A stretch of 62,501 bases of DNA, filler included, from Choristocarpus tenellus KU-1152 (taxonomy: Eukaryota > Protista > Phaeophyceae), in assembly GCA_964200185.2 (NCBI GenBank). It is 14 parts of 14 records of this genome, joined end to end, with 100 filler letters (N's around TTAATTAATTAA, not from the genome) between each part and the next. Parts side by side here need not be neighbours in the genome. Positions count along the whole stretch, not along the records: positions 10,484 to 16,840 come from CAXNAD020008313.1; positions 16,941 to 19,524 come from CAXNAD020026541.1; positions 19,625 to 22,757 come from CAXNAD020022090.1; 11 more parts are not named here. One strand, written 5' to 3'. The notes beneath the pieces were generated by a model. That model saw only the letters and a program-made list of their open reading frames with translations, was not told the DNA's origin and ran no database searches. Position 1 is the stretch's first letter. Each line of letters begins with the position of its first letter. Shown here in pieces: positions 10,484-21,925 of this stretch. A program made the translations under genes and the position numbers.

Positions 10484-13400
10484 ACGTTGGGGGACTGCAA
10501 ATATCTGAAATATGGTCCGAACTCGGACTCCTGCTCCTTGCACAATTGCTTCTGGTCCACTGAAGGAAACACGGTAGTGGAACTAGTAAATAGTTCACGA
10601 TCACTTTGGACGGGCGTTGCTTGGTCAATGTTAGAAGCAGATAACTCATATTCCTTTTGAACACGTACGTGTGGTAAATGCACGACTACCTTGTGGCACA
10701 TTACGACAGATTGGTCCAGCATTGGAGCAACGGATTCCTCCTGTTTCTCAAGCTTGAAAATACGAGATAGAGTATCAGGTATAACATTGAGCTTACCGGG
10801 CTTGTGCTTGACTGTGAAATCATACGCTTGAAGAGCAATAGCCCAATGAGTAAGCATGTTAGTGGTATCCTGCATTCTATACAAGTATCACAATGCAGCA
10901 CGATCTGTGATGCAGGTGAAGTGTTTACCCCAAAGATACGGTCGCCAATGCGTGATGGCTGTAACGACTGCATAACACTCTCTTAACGTAGCCGAATAAT
11001 GACGTTGAGCTTCATTAAATTTCTTGCTGAAGTATGCAATGATACCTAGGTCTGCAAGATTATCGGATAGAGGTTGTGCTAAACACCCTCCAGCACCACT
11101 CTCACTGGCATCAACATCGAAGATGGATTCTTTGGTAAAGTCAGGAAACACGAGAACTGGGGCAGCAGTGAGTAATTGTTTCACTTTAAAAAATGCCACA
11201 TCTTGGTCCAATCCCCATTCTTTATCCACTCTCTTATTGACACCTTTCTTAGTGAGAAGAACTCTAACGGTTCGATTACTGTGGCTAAGTTGGGTATGAA
11301 TTTACGCACAAAGTATATCATACCTAGGACAGGTCGAAGTTCTTTGATGGTGGTGGATTTGGGTAATTTAGTGATTGCACGGACACGATCCTCACCGATA
11401 CGAATCCCTTCAGACGACAAAATATGACTCAGGTAACGTACTTCTTTGGGTCCAAACTGGATCTTTGACGGTTTCAAAGTTAAACCTGCTGTTTGTAACG
11501 CTTTGAACTGCTGTTCTAGTAAGTGTACATGTCCTTCCCATGTGGGAGAACAAGCAAACAGATCATCCATGTAAACTAGCAACCCACTCAATGGACCAAA
11601 GTTGGCAAAGGCTAAGGGCATGATTCTTTGAAATTGCCAAGGGGCATTTGATATCCCAAAGGGCATTCTCTTAAAAACGTACTTGCCTCTGGACGTGACA
11701 AAAGCGGTTTTATCAATGTCATCTTCAGCAACAGGAATTTGCCAATATGCACTCTGAATATCACAAACGGTGATAAATTTGGCACCCCCAACAGTATCAA
11801 TATGAGACTCTATATCAGGCATAGGCCAAGACTGTCGAACAAGGTGTTTGTTAACAGTTGACCTATAGTCTACACAGAATCGTGGGGAGCCATCAGATTT
11901 GGCCACAATAGTAACAGGACTACCCCAAGGGCTGGCACGTTTTTCAATAATGCCTTGCTCTTCCATAGTATTAACACACGAGTCAATTACTTGTTGAGTA
12001 CGAGGGTTTGCTCTGTAAGGGTTCCTGTCAACAGGTTTGGTACCAGGCTCTATCTGCTTCAGCTAGGGTACATCTGCCTAGTTCTGCTGTATTCAACGAA
12101 AATAACGATCTATAACGAGCACAGAGGTCCAAACGTTGAGACACTTGTGACTGATTGAACGTGGTATCTTTGAATGCATTTGACTTGATGAAGGCTTGAT
12201 GTAACTCCTCTCTAGCATTACTGAACGGAGCAGAATTTGTATTTAGAGCACTAACAGTAATTGGTACCTGATCTGAAATAGGGGTTAAGTGACCTATCAC
12301 GAGATGCTTCCTGATACGTACTTTCCGTGTTGTTGGATTTGCCATTTGGACCAATACTGATTTATTATTGGCTGACCAAATACTGAGAGTACGGGCAGCT
12401 ACGATACGGTTCCATGGATGTGTAGGTTCAGACGTTTGATCTGCAGCAGGCATGGAGTGTAATACTGGCTCCACTACTACGGCAGTATCCAATGACGGAC
12501 TAGTATCAGTGGTGCGACGTACGATGATTTCATGACCAGCTGGTATGTTATACTGCTTATGTACATGAACAGGTACAGGGTCAAAATTATGTTGCACACT
12601 CACCACAGAACACGAAGGAATTGTCTTGTATCACGTACTTGAGTGGGGCTCCTTGTCATGTGATGCCTTGCTGAAATGGTATACGAACTGTTGTGAAATG
12701 AAAGACGTTGTTCTTGCCAATCAAGGATTGCACCGAATGGCTGCATAACACTATTATCAAGCAGAATTTTATCGGGACCAAGTTGGGGAATCACTAAAGC
12801 TTCAACTGGCAATGTGGTGTCACCAAGTATAAGCGCAAAACGAATAAATCCACGAATATGCAATGGTGAACCATTTGCTGCACGTATATTTATTGCACCA
12901 GGTGGGACAGGATGCACATCAAAACGTTTCAGTTGAGGGTGATTGCGAACAAATACTTCAGAAATACATGGTACATCACTGGCTGTGTCAATTGTCAAGT
13001 CATTTTCCTCTTGTTCTTTGACGATGCCAGATGCACGAACTCTTTGTGATGAAGACGACAAAGGTTTGGGCATGGGTGGGTATCTGCACAAAGAACAGTT
13101 GAACCAAGTTTCATTATTATTACACAAGTTTGGTTGACTAATGGTAAAGAAAAATGCTTAGAGACAGGCGTGCAGGCAATAAACGATGCCTGCGGGGCAA
13201 GAGGTACGACTGGCATCAACCTCTGACGCTTGCCACTCCCTACGATGGTGTCAACAACGACACCATGGCTGTTCCCAAGTGGACAGGAGTCAAATCCACC
13301 TGGGCATCCCTAGGGACGCGGACCATAATGGCCAGGTATTGACTCATTGTCCTCACGAACACGAACACGACTTCCACGACCCCTGCCTCTACGACACAAG

Positions 13401-14664
13401 TATGGCAAACGAGCACCCCGCGGATTGTCCAGGCACGACTGGGTTGTGTGACCCCCACGAGTCGCTGCCTGACAACCCGGGTACTGGCACACACTATTTT
13501 GCTGATCCATGGTGTATGTCGAGCTGGACGGTGAGGCTGAGTAAGGCGACGTGTCTTGGGGTCGTGTTGGCCCGTCAAAGTGCACGACTGAGGGAGGTGG
13601 ACCCGCCGACGACCGAGCTGGGGCCCTGTTGAGGGTTGCCTCCCCTGCTGGGTGACTTTCCACCTCCGTACGTAGCCTTTGGCACTCGCGTTGGGATTGC
13701 TCAAGTTCGCTTCGAGGAACCTGTCCGCGACGAGAATTGTGAGTAGCAGCACTTGTGTAAGTCATGGGGTTGGGGTTATGGCCAGACAAATGGTTAGCTT
13801 CATGCTGTTTGGCACGGTCACGAGCTTGTGTAAACGAGGTGGCAGGTTCGTCCCGAATCTGTTCAAGACGAATTGCAGGGAGTAAGCCATCTTCCATCAG
13901 CGTAATCTTCAGTTGCTCGACAAGCAAAGCTTTTGTGTCAACTGCATCTGAGGACGACGTTGTGCGATGAACATCATCCAAGAAATGATTCATTGCAGTG
14001 GTGCAACGTAAAGTATACTGATCAACAGATTCATTCTCCCCCTGTTTCAGAGATGTCAGTCGACGCGCCGATACACTTACGGCATGGGCAGGAGTAAACG
14101 CGGTGATAAGGGCTTTCTGGACATCATCCCATGTCTTTGGTGGTGTAATGGGGATGGGAATGTCAAGAGACGACTACAACCGAGCCAAATCACTAGTTGA
14201 ACGCCACTCCACTGTGCCTGCCAACGCCTGAAAGTAAACGTTTCAGCTGGTCCTTGAAGAATTTTGGGTAAAAATTCTACACATCGAGCATTGATTGTCT
14301 CAGGGGATGCGGTACCATACTGCCTAGAGTGCAAGGAAATCGCCACATGCCATTTGGAAAACAAGAGTGGTAAATTTTCCTCTCCCGAACCTGTAATGAC
14401 AAGACCAGATGGTATTTCCGAAGCGGAAAACCTGAAACGACTCGCTTCTGGTATTGATGATGGGCGTGCGACGCTGCTACTTTGTTCAACAGTTCTTACG
14501 TAATTGGAGTCCATTCCCCGAACATGAAGTTTCATCAGGTCCTGAAGCCATCCAGGAGGCACAGTGTTTGTCCTGGCGCACTCGTTAATGTGGTGCGCGA
14601 TGTACGATGGCACAGAGTCCCCGATGTACCATCTCAGCAATGAAAATGTTGAGAATATGGGCAA
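10484..14664 (-). mobile_element. Ty3/Gypsy LTR retrotransposon internal region (gag-protease-RT-RNase H), frameshifted; integrase beyond contig end
   Basis: Protease LTIDTASDVPCIS (12600-13127). RT SPWGSPVTIVAKSDGSPRFCVDYR...RMPFG...YMDDL (11181-11966). RNase H DASESGAG...IAYFSKK...YSATLRECYAV...TDRAAL (10888-11229). WAIALQAYDFTVKHKPGKLNVIPDTLSR (10432-10884). Gag-like ORFs 13310-14664. Domain order PR-RT-RH is Gypsy-type. Confidence 0.95.
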
Positions 14665-14685
14665 CCTTCCCCCAAATGCCCTGGT

Positions 14686-14703
14686 GGATGCGGCGATATA
14701 CCA
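14686..14703 (-). promoter_or_regulatory. Putative primer-binding site of the Gypsy element
   Basis: The minus strand reads ...CTAACA|TGGTATATCGCCGCATCC: a TGG-initiated motif directly after a CA LTR end and just upstream of gag. Confidence 0.55.
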
Positions 14704-15250
14704 TGTTAGAATGGAATTTTAGAGGGCTTCGGGTACGGAATCATAGGTAGGTGTAGGCTGCCCCATTCTGGTTGAGATTTTGCTCGAAACTTTTTAGTGT
14801 GTACACAACACACCCATAAAATAGGAAAATGTGAAAAGAAAACTTGCATTTTCATCGAAATTCGAATTGTTATGTTACTTTTAATTCGGAACGTAGAAAG
14901 TATCTCACGATAGAGTGTGTCTTACAGCTTCCACCACCCTTTTTCCGAGTTGTTTGAAGTTTGGGTCCTATTATACGCTCTACAACAACCTACGTACTAC
15001 TTCTCCCCTCACTTCGGTACACATTGCTTCTATGAAAAGAGGGAGACTACCTCAACCTATCTGTTACGATCTGTCTCCAAGATAATAACTAGAGGATTGA
15101 AGCGGTATCTTCGAAACAGAGTTTTTTTGTATTGATAGTAGTAGTATACTCGTCTAGAGAGGCTCGTCTGTCCGTCTTGCCCGGTGATTCTCTTCATCAC
15201 CTTTGCCTGAGCAAACCACGCCGCCACAGAATCACAAGATTCACGCAAGT
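14704..15250 (-). repeat. Putative 5' LTR of the Gypsy element (outer boundary uncertain)
   Basis: Non-coding sequence ending in CA next to the PBS. No second LTR is present in the window to confirm it. Confidence 0.4.
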
Positions 15251-16015
15251 ATATAATGTTAGGTTCTCCATGTGAAGACGTGTAATTTGATCACGATTTC
15301 TGTGGTCCTTTGAGATTCTCCCATGTGTAAGAAGAGCCATCTTCCACAGAAAGTATATCGTGAAGGTGGCCTATCTAGAACATTATGATAAACGTATGAC
15401 ATTTGTTCTTGCATGTTGAAGGTAACATCTGCTCGAAGGAAGATCGGATGGTTTGGAGTGACCTTACCAAACCCCCCTCTTTCAGTTACCACTTGAACAT
15501 TCTTTTCTTGAGTGATCTTCTGAGGGATTGCTCTCCCTCTTTGACCTGTCTCTCTTTCATCACTCAGGAAAGAGTGAACAAGCAAAAAGTGAATGAGGGG
15601 GGGTTGCAAGGTCCCCTCAAACCACCCGCTATTTAGTTCAAATACATGTCAACTTCAACATGCACAAGCAGATGTCATATGAGCAACAGACCTTGAAGTA
15701 CATTCTTTCACGGTCCTTGAGACGTTGAAAGGAAGAGATAAATGCTCTGAGCAGAGGCTTGGCACCTTGTGGAGAAGGGTTTCTGTGGATGTTTTAACTC
15801 TGAAAATATGGCATCCAGTTGTGTGTCAGGTACACTTAACGCAGAGTGAGCTCAAGGTTTAAGTGGGGACAAAGACGACCAGAGAAAAAATAATAATCAA
15901 CTTATGAGACCCAACTGATTAGTCTGATGTGAAGTTAAAAATGGAAACAAAGAACCAAACTTGAATCAATATACTGTATCGGACAATTCATATAATAATA
16001 CTATGCATGCTTTTA

Positions 16016-16840
16016 TGCAAAAGAGAACTACTCAAGTACAGTATTTTGCTTTGTGTGGTATGGATATGTTTATGAGCAGAGTGAGCACAGCCCTCGGTGG
16101 TTGGAGGTGCTCTCTGTTATAATCATATTGTTTCTTACATATATCAGCTGACACATCAAGACGTGCCCTGCCGTCACATCGTACTATGTCACATATCCTG
16201 TATAGCTAGTACTATGTCAGAACTCCTCCGACCGTCCACTTATATCAAGTAGTAAGAATCCGAACATCTGAGGTTCGAACTCATTACTTCACACTCACTA
16301 ACAGAAGTCGATGCCACTTGTTCCACTTAGCCAACATTCCTGTTGTCTAGTGGTGTTCACTAAATGCCTATAAACCATATAGACTATCAATCTATATTGC
16401 ACACTCCCCCATGAGCGTGCAGCAAAGTTGCTGGCAAAAGCTCACCCCCGACGCGAAAGCACAGAATGCACAAAACTGGAAATAAGATTCTTACGCAAAG
16501 GCTTAGTCAAAATGTCAGCTAGTTGTTTCGATGTTGGAACATATTCTACATGAAACAGGTCTTGGTCCACATATTCCCTAGTGCACTTCAGCTTCATGTC
16601 TACATATGTCTTGTTCTCCCGTTGTAGCCTGTGATTCTGCTCGCCTGTATTGCACCACGATTGTCACAGAACCAGGGAGTCTGATCCTGCAATATACCAA
16701 TCTCCCCCAGAATGCCTTTAAGGAAAATACAGTGGCGCATGCCATATGCCATTGCTGTCCACTCTGCCTCCAAGCTGGAGAGGGTGACAGCACCTTGAAG
16801 TTTGGATCGCCTGGCAATCGGCGACTTGTTGAACAGTAGC
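16016..16840 (-). mobile_element. Ty1/Copia 3' end: RNase H remnant, PPT and 3' LTR (16016-16403); same family as 45955-48579
   Basis: Reverse complement is co-linear with 47730-48579. PPT atggggga-g, then LTR TGTGCAAT...CTTTTGCA. Confidence 0.9.
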
Positions 16841-16940
16841 NNNNNNNNNNNNNNNNNNNNNNNNNNNNNNNNNNNNNNNNNNNNTTAATTAATTAANNNN
16901 NNNNNNNNNNNNNNNNNNNNNNNNNNNNNNNNNNNNNNNN

Positions 16941-17008
16941 CCAAAAACTGCGTCATGAAAAATTGACCCCAAAAGGACAGCCGCTACCCCCCCCAGATAC
17001 TTTGAACC
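16941..17008. mobile_element. MITE family B terminus at contig start
   Basis: catgaaaaattgaccccaaaaggacagccgctaccccccccagatactttg is the reverse complement of the family TIR. Confidence 0.8.
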
Positions 17009-18886
17009 TTAGAGTATGCATTTGGTTGGATTTTAACAGAGAAAGAAAAAAGAAATATGTGTGAGACACGACCACCTACTGCACTACTACTACAGCAACC
17101 CCTCTTGATCATTAGTGCGGTCGTTTGGCTAAAGGGTAGCAGCGTAAATTCAAAGTAAAAAGTCTTAGATCGCATTGAGGTGAACATAGCTTCCAGTGTT
17201 TTGCGTGCTTCCAGTTATTTCAAATAATAATAATAATGAATGATCAAATGATCAGGATGAGAATCTGTATCAAGGCAAAGAACATCATGTTCTTCCTCCC
17301 GATTCTTATTGCTCTCATATTGAACACCTTTTGGGCATCCACTCGATTGATTATCAAACAATTTCAGATTTACGTTCAATCGGTCATTGAGAAGAGTTGA
17401 AGACCCTGGTGTCCAATCACGATTCTTACCATCACTGGTTACTCGAAGAATTAACAAGAATGTAGCCTCCAATACAGTCAGAGACATGATCCACACGAAG
17501 TCTAACAACAAAAGTGATATCAGAACTATAGTAATAGTACAGGTAATAGTGCATCAAACCTGTGCATATTTGATGTAGTGTGCTTTTTTAAAATTTTCAT
17601 TCAGTCCCTAGCACTGCATTGAAACCTACAGTTAGTTATCGACAGCCCACGCTGGATAACATAACTCTCTCGGACGCCAGACAACGGGGACTACTTCTAG
17701 ATAAATATCTCATGCTGCGTCTGTTATCATAGGCTGGCTCTATTTACTGATAAAAAAGTGTTGATATTAATAGTACCACTAGTAGTATCACTCAATGTGC
17801 ATACACCAGATCATGCACTACACACACGAGTTGCACTGGACAAGACTGCAAGACAAACATTTGTACTAACCACTCCCATACACAGCCTTCGTAAAAAATA
17901 TCACGATAGAAGTTCACCACAGGTTGGTACTGCCAACTTTTCCAATCTCAGATATAGGGCTGACTACGAGGTTCTCTTAATATTCCTTAGTGCCAGTCTC
18001 AGTTCTTCTTAGAGTAGAACTGCTCTTTCCTTCAGTCGGTAGCTATGCTGATGAGACATGCCTTGATTACCAAATCCCTGTTTCCTTGGTCCTGCCTGCG
18101 CCTTCCAGTCCGTGTTTTCCCCTCAACCGTATCCCGTATCCCGTACCCTAACCCTACACTCAAACTGTGTCTTACTACCTCCTTGCATGCATATGATGAT
18201 CCTCTTGCTCTCTTCACAACTTGGATGAAAAATATGTATCTTTTCAAGAGTAAGAGTATCACAAACAGCATCAACATCGCGATACGCATGAATCAAATCA
18301 TACACACGCATTTGTTGATTGTCAGTGGGGGGGGAGGGGATATGCATGCAGCATTGTCCATTCTTCCCACTTCACATTGACAATAACCGATGCTGTCTTG
18401 CCTTGTCCTACCTGCTTGTCCGGTGATGATGACGGGGATACGACATTGACTGTGACGCCGCCGCCGAGGACGCTTGACACACGAGACAAGCAACACTTTG
18501 GTGCAGTACGGCAATTGAAGAGCACCATACGATCTTGAAGGGACCTCCCACAATCCAGAGGACTTGCGACTCAACGAAATATAAAAAATAAGTTAGAAAG
18601 TCGTACTCAACACTCAATCTATGAAGTAACATACAACATCGGGAGCACCTCAAAACCTTCAATAGAGTAACGCCACCTACATATTCAGCAACGCCGTAAT
18701 GAAACCAGCATGGGTGCTATTTACTCTGACATAGAGAACGTGCTGGCATGAAGGAATCGGGGTGATACTGAAGGGAGGTCACAGTGATTGTGGTTAGAAT
18801 TCAAAATCCTGGGACTCAAGGCTGTTACTTTACTGAGCGAAAAAAAAGAAGAAATGGACAACGATGAAGAACAACGTTCATGATTG

Positions 18887-18959
18887 ATGGACATGGACAT
18901 GGACATGGACATGGACATGGACATGGACATGGACATGGACATGGACATGGGCATGGACA
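18887..18959. repeat. (ATGGAC)n hexanucleotide microsatellite
   Basis: About 12 units. Explains the GHGH/MSMS/CPCP ORFs in the track. Confidence 0.95.
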
Positions 18960-19130
18960 GCCCTTCCAGTCCCTCCTCCCCTCAACGTCATACGGATACA
19001 CAGTCTCACTCACACAGTCTCACTCGATGATGTATGTTTCAATACCAATCTCATCATTCCAGAAATCCACCGCAAAATACCCATGCACAGCACCACCCCC
19101 TGGAAAACAAACTGGCTTGTCATTCCCACC

Positions 19131-19163
19131 AACCCTAACCCTAACCCTAACCCTAACCCTAAC
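19131..19163. repeat. Interstitial telomere-type (CCCTAA)n tract
   Basis: aaccctaaccctaaccctaaccctaaccctaac. Confidence 0.85.
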
Positions 19164-19624
19164 TCAAAAACACACCGCTGCTAGGGAAGTCACCTCCTTC
19201 AATTGCCTACCAGTGACGAACACCATAAAATAATGGCAACCTACCCACAAGGTAGACGTCCTATTATCCATCCTGAAAACCACCAAATCACCCCTTCCCG
19301 TCATTTACAAACCTTACTTCCCCCTTCTCCGAAACTGGGGACGCCAAGCCTCTCTCAACAGCCCAGTCTACACCCTCTGCCTAACCTCACAGCCCTATCC
19401 GCCTTGGTGTCTTTCGACGAGCAGGCTTTGATCCTCCCCCAGCCCCACCCCCCGTAGCCTGCCGCCCCCCGGTGCTAATTTGAGTCCGGCCTGGGGTGGC
19501 GATCACTATTCCCCTATGTCTCGGNNNNNNNNNNNNNNNNNNNNNNNNNNNNNNNNNNNNNNNNNNNNTTAATTAATTAANNNNNNNNNNNNNNNNNNNN
19601 NNNNNNNNNNNNNNNNNNNNNNNN

Positions 19625-20722
19625 CCTCTAAGATAGTTTCACTCTCTTTCCGAACACAATTGGCCAACCTACCAGACGATCCAAAACAAGGGAGGAAAAG
19701 TTCTTTGGTAGCGCTGGCCCACCACCAGAGCCAGGGTGGACAAGGGGCAAATGCATGGGCCTCCACAAAAACCCTGGAACCAGAGCGCCAGATCCCTCCC
19801 ATAGAGTTTAGACTCACTGCCAGCAGATTCCTACGGAGGGAGGAGGCCCTATCGAACAGGTGCCCTGTGGTTGCGTACACGAGGCTTAATGTCGATACTA
19901 GACATACATGGTACCTGCCCTAGCGCAAGGTGACAGGTTCACCAACACACACCAATATTGAAGCGTCTCAGTCAACTCTGCAAATGAATGGGCATCCCTT
20001 GCACTATGGAGGACGGTAGCCCAATTCACAGTGGACAGGAATTTCCGCATGGATCTGATCTTCCATGCTGGGGCACTTGCGGACACCAGACAAGTTCCCT
20101 AACGGGACCAAGGCCTCCTCCTAGATTTTATGTTTGCAGAGGTGCACGCAGCCTCCCATCTACTACTCTCATCCACCAGCAATGGTGTAGCTGCTGCTGC
20201 TGCTGCTGCTGCTGCAGCTGAGGCAAGAAAGCACACTCACTATCATAGTTCTTTTGACCCTCGTAGTTATAACCTCAACACCTTGGCGGTGGAAGTTTTG
20301 GGTACCTTGGTGAGGAAGCGGACATTTTTCTGGATGAGTTGGCTACGCATGTGGTAGGGGGGAGAGGGGCGGGAGGCTACAGCAGAAAAGGAGCAGTAAA
20401 ATCCCGTTTACGACAGATAGTGTCTGTCGCAACACAAGTGGCTCTATCTAGACGTGTCATTCGTTTTAAGCTGGAGATACCAGGGAGATGGGCAAGGAGG
20501 GGCTTGTTAAGTTTGTGGGATGCTTCCCTAGCTCCTCACCCTGCGGTGTAGGGCTAAGGTGGGTTAGAGGCATAGCAAGGGAGTGATGTAGAATACCTGG
20601 TAGTCAAACAGTATGTAGATTTTACATTAATGGCAACTATTACTTTTGAATGGACTCTTATTATATATTTGAATCAGCTTTTCTGTGACACATCAATAAA
20701 ATGTCAGTCCATAATAATATAT
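19625..20722 (+). mobile_element. CRE-like RLE non-LTR retrotransposon C-terminus (Zn-finger and restriction-like endonuclease region) plus 3'UTR, degenerate
   Basis: Reads GQGANAWAS...RQIPPIEFR...EEALSNRCP...TRH, then (frameshifted) DRNFRMDLIF, AAAAAEARKHTHY..FDPRSYNLNTLAVE.LG, and VKSRLRQIVSVATQVALSRRV. These motifs are typical of CRE-clade ORF ends. 3' hairpin and ATAATAAT tail follow. Confidence 0.8.
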
Positions 20723-20935
20723 ATGTGGAATTGTCAAAGGTGCTAAGTTCTTTACTCAAGGAGGCAATCACAATCACCAGAGTGAATGAACTCTTCAACC
20801 TCAGAGGGTGAGACCGAGTGTCAAAGGTCTTGACCCAACATCTCAGAACAGTTGAGGAAATCCAGAATAGAACAAGAGCCTCAAGACCCAACAGATATTC
20901 CAGAATGACTGAGCAACGTCACCGCAGAGAAATGG

Positions 20936-21195
20936 AACCCAAAGTATCTTAGAGGGTAGAGCCACTTCCATTTGGGGGTCAAAATCCAATGCTGCGATTT
21001 TGATGTAATTTTGACTATCGTGTTTGTTAGGAACTGTCAATATCTATGTTTCGGACACACCTTTTCATAGCCTATACATTTTACCCTACTCCGAAACATT
21101 TTGGAGTAGGAAAATACCATAACTAAACCCATGGGAAGCCAAGCCCCAAATGGACGAACAGGGCAAAACTCGTACCCTCTAAGATACTTTCTCTC
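20936..21195. mobile_element. MITE family A complete copy
   Basis: caaagtatcttagagggta ... taccctctaagatacttt, internal cctactccgaaacattttggagtagg hairpin, ATGG on both flanks. Confidence 0.88.
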
Positions 21196-21659
21196 ATGGA
21201 TCAGTCAGAATCGGAATGAATCTTCGTTCTGACAGTCCATTTTGGCAGTTTGGTCAAATCTGGATCCTATGTGTGTGGTTGGTTTATTAGACTGGTCGGT
21301 ATGGGTGAGTTCAAATGACGTGGTTGGTGTGCACAAATGTATATGACCGCGCGTCTTATGGATACGTCTGTGTGTCGGAAATCCCCCCAAAAGGAACCTG
21401 CCCCTGACATAAAATATACTATAAAGATGAACATATATAGAAGAGGTCGATATAAGAGAAAACGAGATAAAAGAGAGGGTAAATAGCCTTGTCCTTACTT
21501 TTCAGATTATAAGGGAGGTTTCGGCGTTTTCCTACCAATTTTCTATTTTATCAAGCAAACTAGCATTTTGTTTTGCTCACGAGTTCTGAATTTTTTTTTT
21601 CTTTTTTCTATAGTTGCATTCCTCCCTATTCCCTTTTCTCCCCACATTCTAACAACCCT

Positions 21660-21925
21660 TGTGACCAACCAGTGCGACCTCTTTGCCATTGATTTCCAGT
21701 CACCGTCCACTTCTGATGACCAACCAGGGTGGACCCCTTTCGCCATTGATTTCCACTCACCCCCTACATCTGATGACCAACCAGGGTGAACCCCCTTCGC
21801 CACTGATTTTTCGTCACCCCCCACATCCGACGAGCAGTCAGTGCGATCCCTTTGCCACTTATTTCCAGTCACCCCCCCTATCCGATGACCAACCAATGCG
21901 ACCCCTTTCGCCACAGATTTCCGGT
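21660..21925. repeat. Degenerate minisatellite, about 57-bp unit x about 5
   Basis: Recurrent gatgaccaaccag...cccctt(c/t)gcca.tgatttcc.gtcacccc. Confidence 0.85.

Noticed and set aside
17215-19120. Possible short minus-strand exons
   Set aside because: Splice-like sites are present, but no phase-consistent chain or recognisable protein could be built.
18721-19233. ORFs with GHGHGH / MSMSMS / CPCPCP suggesting metal-binding proteins
   Set aside because: These are translations of an (ATGGAC)n microsatellite.
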